NCBI GenBank assembly: GCA_977030845.1
Contig: OZ365118.1
Location: 5,394,001-5,458,000 of the forward strand
Direction: 5' to 3'
Origin: Fimbriosthenelais zetlandica
Taxonomy: Eukaryota
DNA length: 64,000 nt
In this document: positions 34,801 through 49,100 of the stretch, one piece after another
How positions within the stretch are numbered: position 1 is the stretch's first letter
Layout: each line of letters opens with the position of its first letter
Position numbers and translations under genes: made by a program
The notes under the pieces: model-generated
Told to the model about the DNA's origin: nothing
Database searches by the model: none
Seen by the model: the letters and a program-made list of their open reading frames with translations, nothing else

Positions 34801-36157
34801 TTCCGGGGGGGGGGGGGGGGTACACAAAACCTAGGCCGAATATACCCCCAGGAGTTGAATCAAAGTTAAGTTATCAAAGAAATAATGGGGGGGTACTTTA
34901 AACCTGGGGGGGGGGGGGTAATTTAAACCTCAGGTCTAAATGACCGGGGGGGTATATCAGATTGGGGGGTAAGTTAGATCTGTTACACCGGCTTTAGGGT
35001 GACAGGAACGTTTATTTAGTCATGTGTAAAATGAAAGGGACCATCTCCATCTCTAGGACACCGGTGTGCGCAGTAGATAAGATATTGGCACTTTGTTTCA
35101 ACAAAGCACTCTCAACTAATTGATATTTAGCTGTGCTTGCTGACATGCACGCTTCATTCTGTATCAGAACAGCTGGTGTTGACATTATTCCTCCCATCCC
35201 GCCTATTGCAGGTCCCTTCTCTCCTGATCTTTCCCTGTAGTCAGTTCTGAGGGCCCTTCTCTTATGATAACCCAGTTTTATGAGGCTTCAGAGACAGTTC
35301 AGCATTCCATATTAGGGTTTCAAGGCTACATCGGGGACGCAAGCATGCATGCATGAATTCTCTGTTGTTCTAACCCTTGCACCGTTATTTTCCAAAGCTC
35401 TAGTATGGAAAATTGCTTCCCTGAGTATTATGTATTATGCAATTGCAGTGTTGCATAGTGCTTAGACCAAAGAGCAACCAGCTTGAAAACATACAGCTTG
35501 GATTTGCTATATACCATACTTGAGTTATGATAAAATTTGTTACAGATTATAACTGATTTTGTTTGATTATTTTATCCAAGGAATCACCAATGAAAGTTAA
35601 GATGAATCCAATGCGTGCCACGCCATTTAATCTATAAATTCACTATTCCTCTCCTGCGGTTTGAACTTAAGTGGCATCCTCCGATTGAAGACTATTTTGT
35701 TGACAGAGGAAATGTCAGGAAATCACTGTCACTTAAACAAACATCAGGAGGAGGCCATGTTGATGGGTGGGCCCAGCTCCCCCTCTCATCCTCCCTCACT
35801 CCCCATCTCCACCCCCAGCAGGACTTTCAGACTTTTATTCTACTCAAACAACAGTAAATAGCTTCTCTTGGCCACTCCAACTTGACCCCAGGACCGGGAG
35901 ATATGAAGACACAGTCTCGTTAAAATAAGGCAGGGGAAAGATGAAGGGAGAGGGACAGAGGGTCAGAAAACAGAGAGGAAAGCCTGCTGAAACCAAGCAG
36001 TTCGTCAAGGATATATATAGAGAACCGAATGAGAGGGAGGTTAGAGAAAGAGGGAGAATGAAAGAGTGGGTAGGGTAGTGAGGGTAGAGAAAAAGAGATA
36101 GGGAAAGGAAGAAGGGTGCATGATAAAGAGTGGGAATAGGAGAGAGAGAGTGACAGG

Positions 36158-36191
<34 letters not shown>

Positions 36192-36611
36192 GACAGAGAG
36201 TGGTGAGAGAACAGAGTTAAAAGAAGGATGGCCATAAATTTAAGTACACTTAAAATATATGCATAGTACATTTCATTCAGTTTTGCTCCTCGGCTCTAGG
36301 TGAAATAAACTGCACTTCAAATTGTGACTAAGATTTTAGCCACGAGCAATATATGAAGCATGTAACACAATAGGGGCAGCCACTATGTATGCATGCAATG
36401 TGGCGCGCGAGAGACAGTGGAATGAAGATTGTGTGGAAACCATGGCAATATTCAAGCATTGATTGGCCAGCTTGATTACAGAGTGCTGTCTAAGGGAGGA
36501 GACAAGTCAGCCATTCACACTAATGTGACCGTCTTTACTCAACTCTCTAATCAGGGAGGCTATAATGGAACGTCTTCCGCTCTCCATAAAATGGATACCA
36601 ATGTAGAGGCC

Positions 36612-36890
36612 AATATAGCCACAATAGAATATCCCTATAGATATAGTATTTCACCCATAGGACAACCGTACCATGCTTCTTATAGGTCCGAAGAATCTTG
36701 TAAGAACTGAGAAAAGTGGATTCTGGAGCGTTCACTAGCAAAATAGTGCAAGGTAAATAGTGCACGAAAACGAGCTAAGAGTGCACTAAAGCCACAATTG
36801 AATATCCTAGATATATAGTATTTCACCTATAGGTCATCCTACCATGCTTCCTAGTCGGAAGCATCTTGTAAGCAACTTAGAAAAGTAGTT
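36612..36890. repeat. Diverged direct duplication (about 175-bp spacing)
   Basis: AGCCACAAT.GAATATCC...ATAGTATTTCACC.ATAGG...ACCATGCTTC...ATCTTGTAAG occurs twice. Confidence 0.7.
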
Positions 36891-38921
36891 CCTACATGTA
36901 CTTTTACTGAATCAATATCAAACAGCCATGTTTTGCATATAGCCAAGGATTATGCCCTGATTAATTGAAGGATCAGCCACCCTTGTTATTCATGAGTTCC
37001 TCTAATTAAAGGCAAATAAAGGAGTGTTAATTCACTATAGATTATTGTTCCTAATGCACTGCTATAAATAAACCATTGACATTGATCAGAATGTCTCACC
37101 CTTGAGGCAATGTTAAAGTACCTTAAAGTGCCTCGCCTTTATCATTCAAGTAGTATTCCTGATATCTGATATGACCAGCCTATCAGGAGAAATACCGCTG
37201 ACACAGCACTCTCAACACTCCCTATAGTAAAGAGATACTACCAAAGGATTAATATACCATTAATGTATTAACATTATATGTCCCATAAAAAGGCCTGCAA
37301 AAACAGGAATCATCTCCATAAAATTTTATATTTCCACCACTACTATAAGCTCTATATTATGATCCTTTGTATTCACATGGGATTTTATGGGAGAGATCTC
37401 TTTTCAATGATATATAAGAAATGTCCCTACGTCATAATCACATTCTAAAGCACTATACACCTCTGTTACCGGAAGCCTTTTGAATAGTATTTTTATTTAT
37501 TTATTTTTTTATTGTGTCTGCATGAATGAATAAGCGCATTATGGTATGAAAACAAAAGATTCAGCACTTCATCATCTTGCTGAAATGAAGTTTAAAAATT
37601 GCTTCAAGAGAGAATTTCCTCCGTTATACCCGGTTCCAAACCCCATAAGCAATGCACTGATAGATGCACCTATTATATAAGAACTTCTTTGTTACAGATA
37701 TAGCATTGTGAAATGCACAAAAAGCCTTAAATCGATGACAGAGTGGTATACAAATCACAAACTACATGTCTGTGAGTGTGCATGCAAGTGGCCAGGCGTG
37801 GAAATGGTTGAAGAAGGCCCAACTACTACATTACTTGTCGCTATAGGTCAATACCTAACACCAGTCACTGCCAATCGATTATACACTGGCCACATTAGGC
37901 GGCTGGGAACCCCTTTCATTGAGTCACGATAGTGCCATATCTTACAAGGCCATATCCATCGGTCATGATAATGTAACAGCTAGATAGGCAGTGGAATCAT
38001 TGGAGACCTGGTGAAAATACACAGTCAATGGTGGGTCAACATGGCTCATGGTAAAGCCAGCTCAAATTCAAATCATGCACAAATATTGCTTTCACAACTG
38101 ACGGCCATATTGCCTGGGTGTTCAGATATGGAGAGTGGAATGGGTAGGCATGCCAGCCAGAAATCGATGGTCTACACTGGGATTATGTAAAAACAAATTA
38201 AGTTTGTCATTTAGTTTTTCCTATTTGACAGTGTATGATTGGAGTATAATTCAGTACATACAAATTGGATTTATTATAATAAAGTTATTCTGGTTGCACA
38301 TTGGGGAAAACATTGCACCATAAGAAGGCAACTCCCAAGGTCTCTCAGAAAGATTTTCTTAATGAGATTCTGCTCCCTAACGCATGCTCATAGGCTAGTG
38401 AACAGATCTGGTCTTTTGAGGGCTCCTGGGGCATGATCATCTGGGCTCTTGGGGTGCATGATGCCTCCAGTAAGCATCATCGTGTCCTGGCCTAAAAGTG
38501 AATGATAGCCCCTGAGGTTTTCTCTACACAAAAGAGCTATCATACACACAATGTAGATGGGTAGCTTGGGGGAGCAGTGTCTAATACTCAGTGGTCGAAT
38601 GCATTTCTTAAATGACGCGGACATGCACAATTTGGTATGGTCCAAATGTAGGGGTGTGTGCATGGAGGGGGTGTTTGATAGCGATTCTAACCATTGTCCA
38701 TCTCCACCCAGTACTCCTAATTGGGATATCAAAGGCCGGGAATGTCTCCACTGCCTGTGGTGAGAGACATGTAAAGAGCAATTGCAGCTGTTAGGGAAGA
38801 GCAGAAAATAATGTGCCAACAGCGAGTTTCTTTGTCCCGAGAATGGTGAAAATTGCTGAGTGGACGTTAAACAAAAATGTGTGAACGCACCTAACTATTT
38901 CATCCACATTGAATGAATCCC

Positions 38922-39128
38922 GAAAAAAAACATATCTTGATAACAAAAAGATATTGAGAACAAAAAACATATCTTGAGGAAAAAAACATATCTTGAGGAC
39001 AAAAACATATCTTGAGGAAAAAACATATCTTGAGAACAAAAACATATTTGAGGACAAAAACATATCTTGAGGACAAAAACATATCTTGACGAAAAAACAT
39101 ATCTTGAGGACAAAAACATATCTTGAGG
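38922..39128. repeat. 19-20-bp tandem repeat, about 10 copies
   Basis: Unit AAAAACATATCTTGAGGAC. Confidence 0.92.
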
Positions 39129-40962
39129 TAGAATGGATTATTGTGTTGAGCGGCCACACACATTGTGGGACTATCTGAGGCCGGGATAACAATGAGTTGT
39201 ATGGAGCAGCTCTCTACCTATATGTAGACGTGCCTGGCATGGTAGACATGGGTGTTATTAGATTCTCTCCGCTTCTCTTACACAATGAGCAGCGGGAGAA
39301 GAGGCCAGCTCATGAATGACTCAGTTTACACTCTTCAGCTCAGGCACAGCTGTCTGGACGTGAGGAGGATACACAGAGACTTGCCAAGTCCGATTAATTT
39401 ATTATTTTTTGTTTTGATTTATTAAATTAAATTAAAATCTTAAAGAAAGCATCAAATATCACCATGACAGATACTAAAATTTGGCGTATTACTAATCCTG
39501 TTTTAAATGGAAAAGGCTATCTGTAAATTTTATTATAAAAAGTCATGGGTGGATTTTAATCCCAGTATTTTAGTCAAGAGCATGTCTATCGCAGAAAAAG
39601 TACCAGATGCTGCTGATCAACCAGTCTGCATTGATATGAGTTCGAAAGGAAAATACTCTGAATATTCTTTTCATAAGAAGGAATTGTGTTTCAACGTTAG
39701 TAATTTTGTTAATGAATGATGGGGACAAGTCTAGGGATGGACAGGAGGTGTGTATGTGGAGCGGTGAATGATGAATACCATAGTTCACACTAAGTGTGGC
39801 CTCCATGACACCTCGCTTATTAAGCTGCACCTCATTATGGGTGTGAAGGTGTGAAGTACTCATTATGTACTGTACGATTACACGACAAATCCGCTAATGA
39901 AAATGACGGATTACCCAGCCTAAAGTACAGTGAAAGATAGAAAGAATGGAGTGGATTCCCATAGGATTTCAACGAATTCAAATGATCTATATTCATTTTA
40001 GTGCAGAAGGGAAGCTTTTAGACATGGTATGTAACTTTCTTTTATGTTCCATGGCAGGATGCCCTTGGGCTTGGTCAAGTTGGTTTCTCACACTAATATT
40101 TTCCAACAAATATTATGTCAAATTAAGATGGTTTACCATATCTGGCTCATTATTTATTTAATGAACCGCCAAAAACTGTGAGACGTGAGCCACTTGCTGA
40201 TCGTTGTTATGACGAACCATGGTAACAGGTTAAAAAACAGTGAATAAATAGTAAAATGATTAGAGCACAATTGACATTAATGTATTTTGTGATCTGGCTG
40301 TTTGGATTTGACAGTGGGAGGCCGGCCAACCAATCTGCACTGTTTTCATAACGTATCCGATTACCCTCCTAAAAACCCAATGAGCATTTGGCGCAAGTCA
40401 AAATATTTTAACCACTGGGAGACATTTTTGCAATATTTGCACGGGAGAGATTGCCGAAACAGGTGCAAAGTTATGTGAGAGGGAAAGATCGAATTCGAAG
40501 TGAAGTCTTCCATTCCCATGAAACTAAATGTTTGGATTTGGTGCTGGGTGGTTTCATAGAAGAATACTATCAGTTTAATGTTGTAGCTTCAAGCATTTCC
40601 CCAAACAGTAGGAATTCTATGTAGAATCCAGCCATGATTCTGATTAATCCTCCATTTGATCCCAGCTTAATTCTGGCCTTTGTCAGGTAAAGGTTTTGAG
40701 TTTCAGATAATACTGGATCTGGAGATCAATACATGACAGATGAAAGAGAGGAGTATCAGGTTCAACCATTGATCTGATCAAGGCATCAAATCCTCACTGT
40801 CCTTTCATCTCAGCATGAAAGGGCAGGCTATCAAACGAGGAAATCAAAGATAGAGTAACATATGGCAAACTTAGGAGGCATGTACAGTTACCTATGTCTA
40901 TTGTAAGCGTATTACAGCATAATTATAATTTTTTTTAGTTAGAATTTTTATAGAGTCATATT

Positions 40963-41100
40963 ATTGGTGAAGCCAGCTCACACTCTTGATGATACTAGTT
41001 TTACGTATGGTTTTCAGCTGGGGGCTCTTTATCTACGTGCACATCTTCATTGCCTTCTGCGCAATGGATAATTCTGGTGCATGTGGTCTGTACATTTCTT
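40963..41100 (+). repeat. Dispersed repeat copy (pair with 49905-50035)
   Basis: CCAGCTCACACTCT...TTTTCAGCTGGGGGCTCTTT...CATTGCCTTCTG.GCAATGGATA shared. Confidence 0.8.
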
Positions 41101-42159
41101 AAGTATTTTTGGTGCATTATTTTGGTGTATTTTAATGATAATTCACTCTCAGAACCTGGAAGGTAATAATGTAAGCCTAATGGTATATGCAATCACTTGT
41201 AGGAACATAGATCCAAATTGGAAACATTAATTGACATTACGTCCATATAGTCATAATAGACCTTTATCCATATATATTATTAATAATCTATGAATGGGAA
41301 TGGGATAGGTGGGATTGTGATATATAGTGGGCCTTATTCAGCCTACCTACCCCCTCCCCCCCCCCCCCCCGCCCTCACCTATATAGAATCCTGTTTGAGT
41401 AGCACCTGACCCATAGTACTGTAAGTAAATCACTTTACTGCCCCACCCCCCGGGGGTCAGGCGGGGGAGTAAGGGTCAAATGGCAGGACAATAAGCTGGA
41501 ATGAAAGGGCCAGCCAGTAGTCAAAGGCGACCTATGCCAACTATAGGTGGCTGCCAGACGCTCCCTATATAGACCCCAGTCTGTGAGCAAGCTTGCCTAA
41601 TCTACTCGTCTATAGGTCTATTATAAATAACATTATTCAAATTTATTATATTACTAGAACTACTGGAAGTTTAGGAGACTTCTCTAGGTCTATTCTATAG
41701 GCCTATAGGCTCTGTGTGGTGGCGATTGCCATAGGTCTGTAAGTTTTTCTACACAAATTTTCAAAAAATCATCCTTTCCTCCTCTTTTTCTACCATCTTT
41801 CAAAAATATATTATTTTATGAGAGCGAAAAATGTAAATCATAAAAAGACAGATAGAAAAATGTAAATAATAAAAGACGGATCAAAATATGAACAAGTATT
41901 TTTTTATTGTTCTGAATAGAGACTAGAATGAAAGCTACATGTAATATAATGAAAGAGTTTTAGGCTATATTGTGACAGTATGGGCGATATTTGGGGACGG
42001 CCCCATCTGTTGTGGTCAGGCACACTGTGACACCATTTACCCGTGACACAATACTGTGACAGCACCAACAACCGGAAGTTGAGGTGATGAATGAGCACGT
42101 GATGCATCACGTGATGTGGAGGCTGTAGAGGAAGTGGTCCCGGCTTCTTACTACACATT

Positions 42160-42475
42160 NNNNNNNNNNNNNNNNNNNNNNNNNNNNNNNNNNNNNNNNN
42201 NNNNNNNNNNNNNNNNNNNNNNNNNNNNNNNNNNNNNNNNNNNNNNNNNNNNNNNNNNNNNNNNNNNNNNNNNNNNNNNNNNNNNNNNNNNNNNNNNNNN
42301 NNNNNNNNNNNNNNNNNNNNNNNNNNNNNNNNNNNNNNNNNNNNNNNNNNNNNNNNNNNNNNNNNNNNNNNNNNNNNNNNNNNNNNNNNNNNNNNNNNNN
42401 NNNNNNNNNNNNNNNNNNNNNNNNNNNNNNNNNNNNNNNNNNNNNNNNNNNNNNNNNNNNNNNNNNNNNNNNNNN
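42160..42475. other. Assembly gap (316 N)
   Basis: N run. Confidence 1.
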
Positions 42476-45400
42476 ATCATTTCACATGATAGATGAAATC
42501 AAAGTTTCATATTTTTCATGCCACTGCAGGGTCTGATCGATCCTGGATTTTGGAATAAGGAGGAAGGAATAGATCCCCAGAAGATCATTTTTTTGTGGGA
42601 TGTAAAAAAAATGGTTTGTCATTCTTGGGGATAATGGCGTGTATAAACATAGAGAAAACCAGTACAGCTTGGGTATATTCCTTTTCCTGTCAGAATTTTT
42701 GGGTGTGTCTCCCTAAAAATGACAGCACTTTTACCATTGTATGCTCTTATGATAATAGCTGTACGTATTGGGTGTGGTTTAAAAAACCCAAAACCCTTGA
42801 ACTACAATGCCTGAGTTTATTTTACATACTAATCAATCAGCATTTTACTTCATTGTCCGGAACCATTGAAGAGAGTGACAGGTCATTTAAACTGATTACT
42901 TTTGGGAATCCCAGAGCATGTTGAATCTCTAGAGGATAATACTTCAAGATCCATTTAAACAATCATTTAATTATCTCATCCAATTTTAACAAGTAGATGC
43001 ATTAAATCCTATACTGTGGGACGCTTAGTCAGACAAAGGGTTGAGTACAAGTCCATTATATGCCAGTTTTTCTCCCTCAATGCAGTCAGGTCCTGGTTAA
43101 TTAGTCATAGAAATGTCCATTTGTCTTGATGAATTTTGATGGGAATAATTCTGGTCGAGCAAGACCCACAAGGAATTCTGGATTATGGCTGGGTTGGGCT
43201 ATGATCCAGCGCATAGCATTACTGACGGATAAGAGATGCTATGGTGACATCACCATTGTCTTCTAGCTCAAATCAGACCAATAGAATCTTTGGAAAAAAG
43301 CGCAGACTCAGCAATTTTATTAGACGAGCGCTCGTCCCTATGACCAGACTAACTCCACCTCCTACCAGCTTCCCTCCTCCCTACCTACTTGAGCGTTTGA
43401 TTCCTCGGTTGCGGGGGAAAGTGACTAAAATTGTAAGTTTTCAAAGTTTGTTTGTTCTAACAAAATCAATTAAAGAATCAAAGACTTGTGCAAGTCTACT
43501 GGTTTATATCAGAAAATGTGGTTTAATCAGGGGAATAGACTTGCACCACAATCTCCCACCCCACCCAACCACCCCTACCCATCACCAGACAATTGATTGG
43601 AAATTGAAATTTCAAAATCAAAATTACAATTTAATTGACTGCACTGAATATGGATCCATCAAAATCAACGAGGCAAACTGTTCCTCATTAGCAAAATTAA
43701 ATGTTTTCACACAAATATTTGCTCTGTCAGATGAGTGATTATAACATCAGATTTGGTTAAAATTTTAACATCTAAATTAGACAGAGCACACCCGGGGATC
43801 TTAATAACTCTATAAATATGAAATTGACATTTTGTTGTGAAACAAGATTCGTTCCAAGGCAGGCTTGAAACTCCCAAACTTCAAACTCCGGCAGTGTAAG
43901 AAATGACATCTTTGATAGTTGGACTGCAGCAGCAATCTGCAGAAATCAGCAAAAACTTCGCTTCGCCAACAAAATTATTCTCTGCATTTCTCAGACTATT
44001 TATTAGGAAATAATAAACCATAGGAAATTGCAATCTTCTTGAATCTGAAGCTTAAAAACTAGCCTTCTTACCGATCCATAAAATGAGTGCACAATTAAAT
44101 TACTTTATTCAGAATGTCATAAAAAGCATTGTAATCATTCAGAACACTCTCACTTCGTTATTCACAAATTAAGCATTCATTTGCATTGCAGCCAATAGCC
44201 GCCATGGCCATATAAAGAGACGCACGGAGTGATGTAGTGGGGCTTTGCATGTAGTTGCAGTACGCTCCATAGTGGTTCGTTTTGATAACAAGTCCTCGAG
44301 CAAACACTGGTCCACTCCATTAGGATGTTCACCAGTGGGACATCCTCCCACCGGCTCATCCATATTCAGCCCTGTAACACTTCCATTATCTTTTTCATTT
44401 CATCTTTTTAAGCCATTAAAAGCCCTGCTCATTTTGAGCACATTTCAATCTTGTTTCTTTACATGGAAGGGGTTGCTCTTTCAGACCAGAATTGAGCCTG
44501 GTCAGAACTATGACACCTCCTCAATCACTCTAATCATGTTAGGGACTTTCAAAGGGCACACAATTGATCTCAATTCTCTCTCCACTGACCTCATATTTCT
44601 TATATTGGATAAACAACTTCAAGACTGCAGGACTGCATTCCGGATGTCTTGCGGGTACCAAAGTAGTACAAGCCTATTCCATGAGAGAATGGAACAATCT
44701 GGGAAAGTATGTCAAACTTTGTATGAAAAACTGCTATATATCCACATTTAAAAATTTTCTCTAGTGACCAATATGGTTTACACAAGACCTAATTACAATA
44801 GTATCCACCCAAAAATTCAATGAAAATTTCTCAGATAGATAATCTAGCTGGGGGATGAAATGGGAAGATACCCGTGTGTCAATCTTGCTGTAACTATGAG
44901 GAATCGGCCATCTAATTTCACTGCTCGACCAGGTGGAAAATTTCTCTTGGTCCCATTTGAGAGTGGGGGAGTAAGAAACATGTCTGAAAGAAACCAAGAG
45001 TTGACTGACCTCAATCATGTAGTAATGATAAAGGAGAGACTTCTCTGTAAAATCCGCCATCTCTCTAATCTCTTCCAGTTCACTTCAGGTCACTTCTTCT
45101 TCATCTTATTTCACTTGATTGCCGATTTCTCAAATTGATGTTGCACCTCAATAGGTTAAACCCATATCTATCCCTAGGAAATGACTAGCACCGTGGAAGT
45201 GGTACAGAAAGGCTCCAATATCTCCATGTTCTCTCCAGGGGAAATTACATTTGGATAGTTAAAAATGACTCCAGTATATCCATTCGAGGAGTAAATCACA
45301 GATATTTGTCTGCGGGATAAACAAGACAATTGACATTTGCCTGACGTTTGTGGTCGTCGGTTTGCTTGAGCAAATGTAAAGGAGTCGGTGTATTTCCCGC

Positions 45401-46067
45401 GGGGTTGGGCGGATTAATGGGCGCGGGGAGGAGGAGGCGTCATGCGGGGGTCAGGGTCCACATATTAGCTGTGTATCTCTGGTGAGACCACATGACTGAT
45501 TCTACAACCCTCATTTAGACCATCATAAAAACATCGCTGTTTCTACTCATCCCAGACTGGGCAGTGACAATGACTCAATGTTCATTGGGTCTCTGGATCG
45601 GATCCAGCATTTGGGAGGGTTATAATATAATGGTCTTATATTTTTTCATTATTATATAGAAATATCTTTTGGGCGGGACCAAGATGTGTCCATAACGCTT
45701 TGTAATTTTCAGAATGCAAATTAAATACCGACATCAAGTTTTAGGTAACGAAATGACGAAAAGTATACTAAGATAATTATTAGTATTAATAAAAGTTTCT
45801 GGACGATAAAATTAGAAACAGAATATTAATTTCATTGGCAGTAGTAGCCAGGTAAATGACAATAATTGAATGTTCCAATAACAGACATTTTTGAGAACAT
45901 GTTGTCAATTCTCCTCGGAGCCATGCCTTCCTCTGGGTTTTAACTAATACAGTAATAGATCAAATATTAATCAGTCATGACATAATGTAACAAGGGGCAT
46001 AGTCTAATTGGTTAGTAAGTGGAAGGGAGCTTGTTACACAAGGGGCTAGGTGAGTCACTCGAACTGC

Positions 46068-46160
46068 TCATTGGGGTGAGTGAGTAGTGAGTGAGTGAGC
46101 GGGCGAGTGAGCGAGTGAGTCAGTCAATGAGTGAGTGAGTGAGTGAGTGAGTGAGTTAAG
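46068..46160. repeat. (GAGT)n microsatellite
   Basis: Direct inspection. Confidence 0.9.
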
Positions 46161-49100
46161 TGATAAAACCACATTACGGTTGACCATTCCCAATATGGAA
46201 ACTCAAGAGATTTCAATGGGTTTCAACTTTATACTGCGGATACCAAAGCACCCACCAATTGCCATTCCCACTAAGAAACTGCCTTGCTTAAATAGATAGC
46301 TGTATGTGTGAAAAAACTACTTTAAATCCGGAAGAAAACTTGTGTGTGAGACAATCTGGGCGGCATGTCGTCTCATCCCCAATCCCCGCCAAACAAACAA
46401 AGCATGTGGTTAATGAAAACCAGACAAGAATGCTGCCTGGCTTACATAATGAGATTCATTCCAGTCTCAAAATATTGACAGGTTTGAGTTTCACTTGATT
46501 GTGTACACATCTGAGTGATAGCAACAAACAATGATTAGCAGGAGTATTGGATTATAAGGCTCAATGCCCGGGGCTACAATCATGATGCAATGTGAAACAC
46601 TACTGATTGAATTTATGTTTAACCCAAGCTTCAAGTATTATCTTCAAAATGGTGGCTAATTCTGAGTCAATGACGATGGGTTCAGCCTGTTAGATTTTAT
46701 AATATTGAAATTTGCCAAAAAAAAGAAATAAGAACATATTTATCAGTCAAATATATACATAAGATTCCCATTTGTTTGCAAACTCATAGATAATTCAGAA
46801 CATTAATTTTCAGTTACAATTTTGTAAGAAATTCTTTACCCCTATCCCATCTCCCATTTCCTCAGAATAAAAGCATAGTTCAGTTGGGAAGAAATCTATC
46901 TTAGAAGGTAAAAGGAACGCAAGGGAGAGAGTGGTCGAACACATTTATAAAGATCAGCCCCCAGGCTTACTGATGCCCCAGAACATGTAAACGATTACAT
47001 GGCAATGTTTCTATAATCACTATACCTCCAAGCTGACCCATTCCTCCAGAATGACCAATCCTAAATACAGCTTCCCTACTCTAAAGGCAACACATCAAAT
47101 AATAAAGGGCCAGTTCCACTATGGGGATTTGTATGCTTCACTATTGGTTTGACATGACACTGGGTTAAGGGTTTAAGCACTGGTTGACTCGGAGGTGAAG
47201 GTTAGTGCCTTGGGTTAGAGGCATTATTCAGGTAAAAGCTATCAGAGCGCCCCAGCCCCTTCATCAAGACCAAAACACCTGAGAGCGTTCCAACGTCTGG
47301 AGGCTTTACTTTCATTGAAGAAAGGACAGCGGATAGCCAACATAACTAATGGAGCCCACAGAAGCTTCTCAAGTTGGAAGTCCCTGCCCTTTACAGCATT
47401 TTGGTGATTTATTCAACCCCCAAATGCCAGACTCTCATGGTCTGGGACAGAGACATTGTCCAATGCCGACCAAGAGATAATAAATAAAGGTCTGAATGAA
47501 ATGTCATAGCCCTCAGAGACAAGGAAGGTATTTGATATTTATAAGTCAGGAGGGGATAGAGAGCATCTTATCTCCTCTAGAATAAGTCCCTGTCATGACC
47601 TTGTGAATTTTCCATGAAGTCCAAATGTCACTGGCCTAGTTCACTAGAGAAAAAACAAAGTTCTCCAAAGGGTGTCAAAAGATAATGACCGAGCTCTATG
47701 TGGTACTGGTAAGTCCAGCAAGGAAATACCACTGTTTAAACAGGCTATATTTTATGTAAGGAGGAAACCAGGCGTCAGACCCACTTAGTATGGTTAGTTG
47801 TGTAAGTAGAAAGTTTCTTATTGCAGCCTTCAGTATAGAAATGACTGTCTCGTTATTCCAGCCTGCGGTCAGGTGCAACAAGCCATTTCCTGGCGGGTGC
47901 GGGCAGCTATGACCTTTGTCTTTGATTAGCCTACCACTGGCCGCCCGCTGGGTACAGAAGCCTGCTGGACTGAGCCAGGCCTGGTACATGTTTCATGGTC
48001 TGGAGACAGATCGACCGTCCCTTGTTATTCCTCCACCAGGGGGTTTCTTCCAGGTTCATTATTTATTCAAAATCCTCCAACTGTGGATTTTTTTAAGGGT
48101 CATTAGGCTTGATTTTCCTTGTTTTGGAGCTCTTGGTCTACCTTTTTCTCTCGGACTCAAAGTCTCTATCCATATCATTATAAATCTCACCATCACTCTC
48201 TACTTGTTTGCCTGACCTTTTTGTCTTCTTCTTCCCTTTTCAAGTATGCTTTTTTTGTCAGAAAATGATAGATGGTACTTTGGAAGGAAAAGATAGATCC
48301 TGTACTGAAATATTCACGAAACGAGGACGATTTGTTTTTTCCATCTGCTCGCATTAAGGCTAGGAAATACCCAACTGATGCAAATCTGAGGGCAGAAAAT
48401 TGCTTAAGGATTCCTAAGTGCAGAATAAATGGGAACATTTGTGACAATTAATCTTCAATATGGTTTCCATGTGGGGAAAGTCCCTATCCTTGATTGGAGA
48501 GATCATAGGAGCCTATAGCATGCTGATAGTAGTGAGATAGTGGGTGGATCCATGGGACCAATGTATTATGACTATTAAAGCATCTAAAACACTTTGTGCC
48601 TCATCAATGTTCTCCCATGGTCCACACTAAAAATAGCCCCAGCTGCTGTAATTATCTTCAACCTGACTCATTTAGTAAGGAATGAGTTGAGGCGATACCA
48701 TGCTGCCATTTCTCACCACCATCTAGATGCTTTACACCTCCACTCCCCCGCTAGCATTTTAATCCTAAGTGGTCCAGATACAATTCCAAGTAAAGATCTA
48801 TAGCTTCTACCTAAGTTGGAAATGGGATTCCCCCCCCCCCCCATCTCTTAAATTGATGAAGAACATAATTAGGGCCCATAGCACTGGAATGTCTTGTGAT
48901 ATGGGATGGAAAATCGTATGGATGTATATGAAGCAGTCAAGAAAGGAAAGCAGATCCACTTCATTTTAATAATGATCTCAGCTCCAAAACCTATCCACTT
49001 ACTTAAACTTAGGATTTAGACAAGGGCTCTCAAACTGAACAATACTAACCCCTAAACTTTCCCATTTCACTATACTACAAAAAAAATGTATTAATGAAGT

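Larger units (their letters stand above)
33843..34993. mobile_element. Foldback-type TIR element filled with CCTAGG-centred hairpin repeats
   Basis: Left end CCGGTGTACCAGTTCTAACGTACCCCC is the imperfect inverse of right end GGGGGGTAAGTTAGATCTGTTACACCGGCT. The interior consists of GGGGGTA...CCTAGG...TACCCCC modules. Confidence 0.75.

Noticed and set aside
38388-38819. 143-aa ORF with faint resemblance to a non-LTR AP-endonuclease (GYHSLLGQD)
   Set aside because: Catalytic motifs are not recognisable; too weak to call as a gene or TE.
38791-39192. Three overlapping ORFs
   Set aside because: Translations of the 19-20-bp minisatellite.
43241-43738. 165-aa plus-strand ORF (also 44245-44751)
   Set aside because: No domain, no splice support, and composition reflects AT-rich or low-complexity DNA.
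45355-45460. CpG/GC-box-rich patch
   Set aside because: Too short and no associated exon; cannot support a promoter call.
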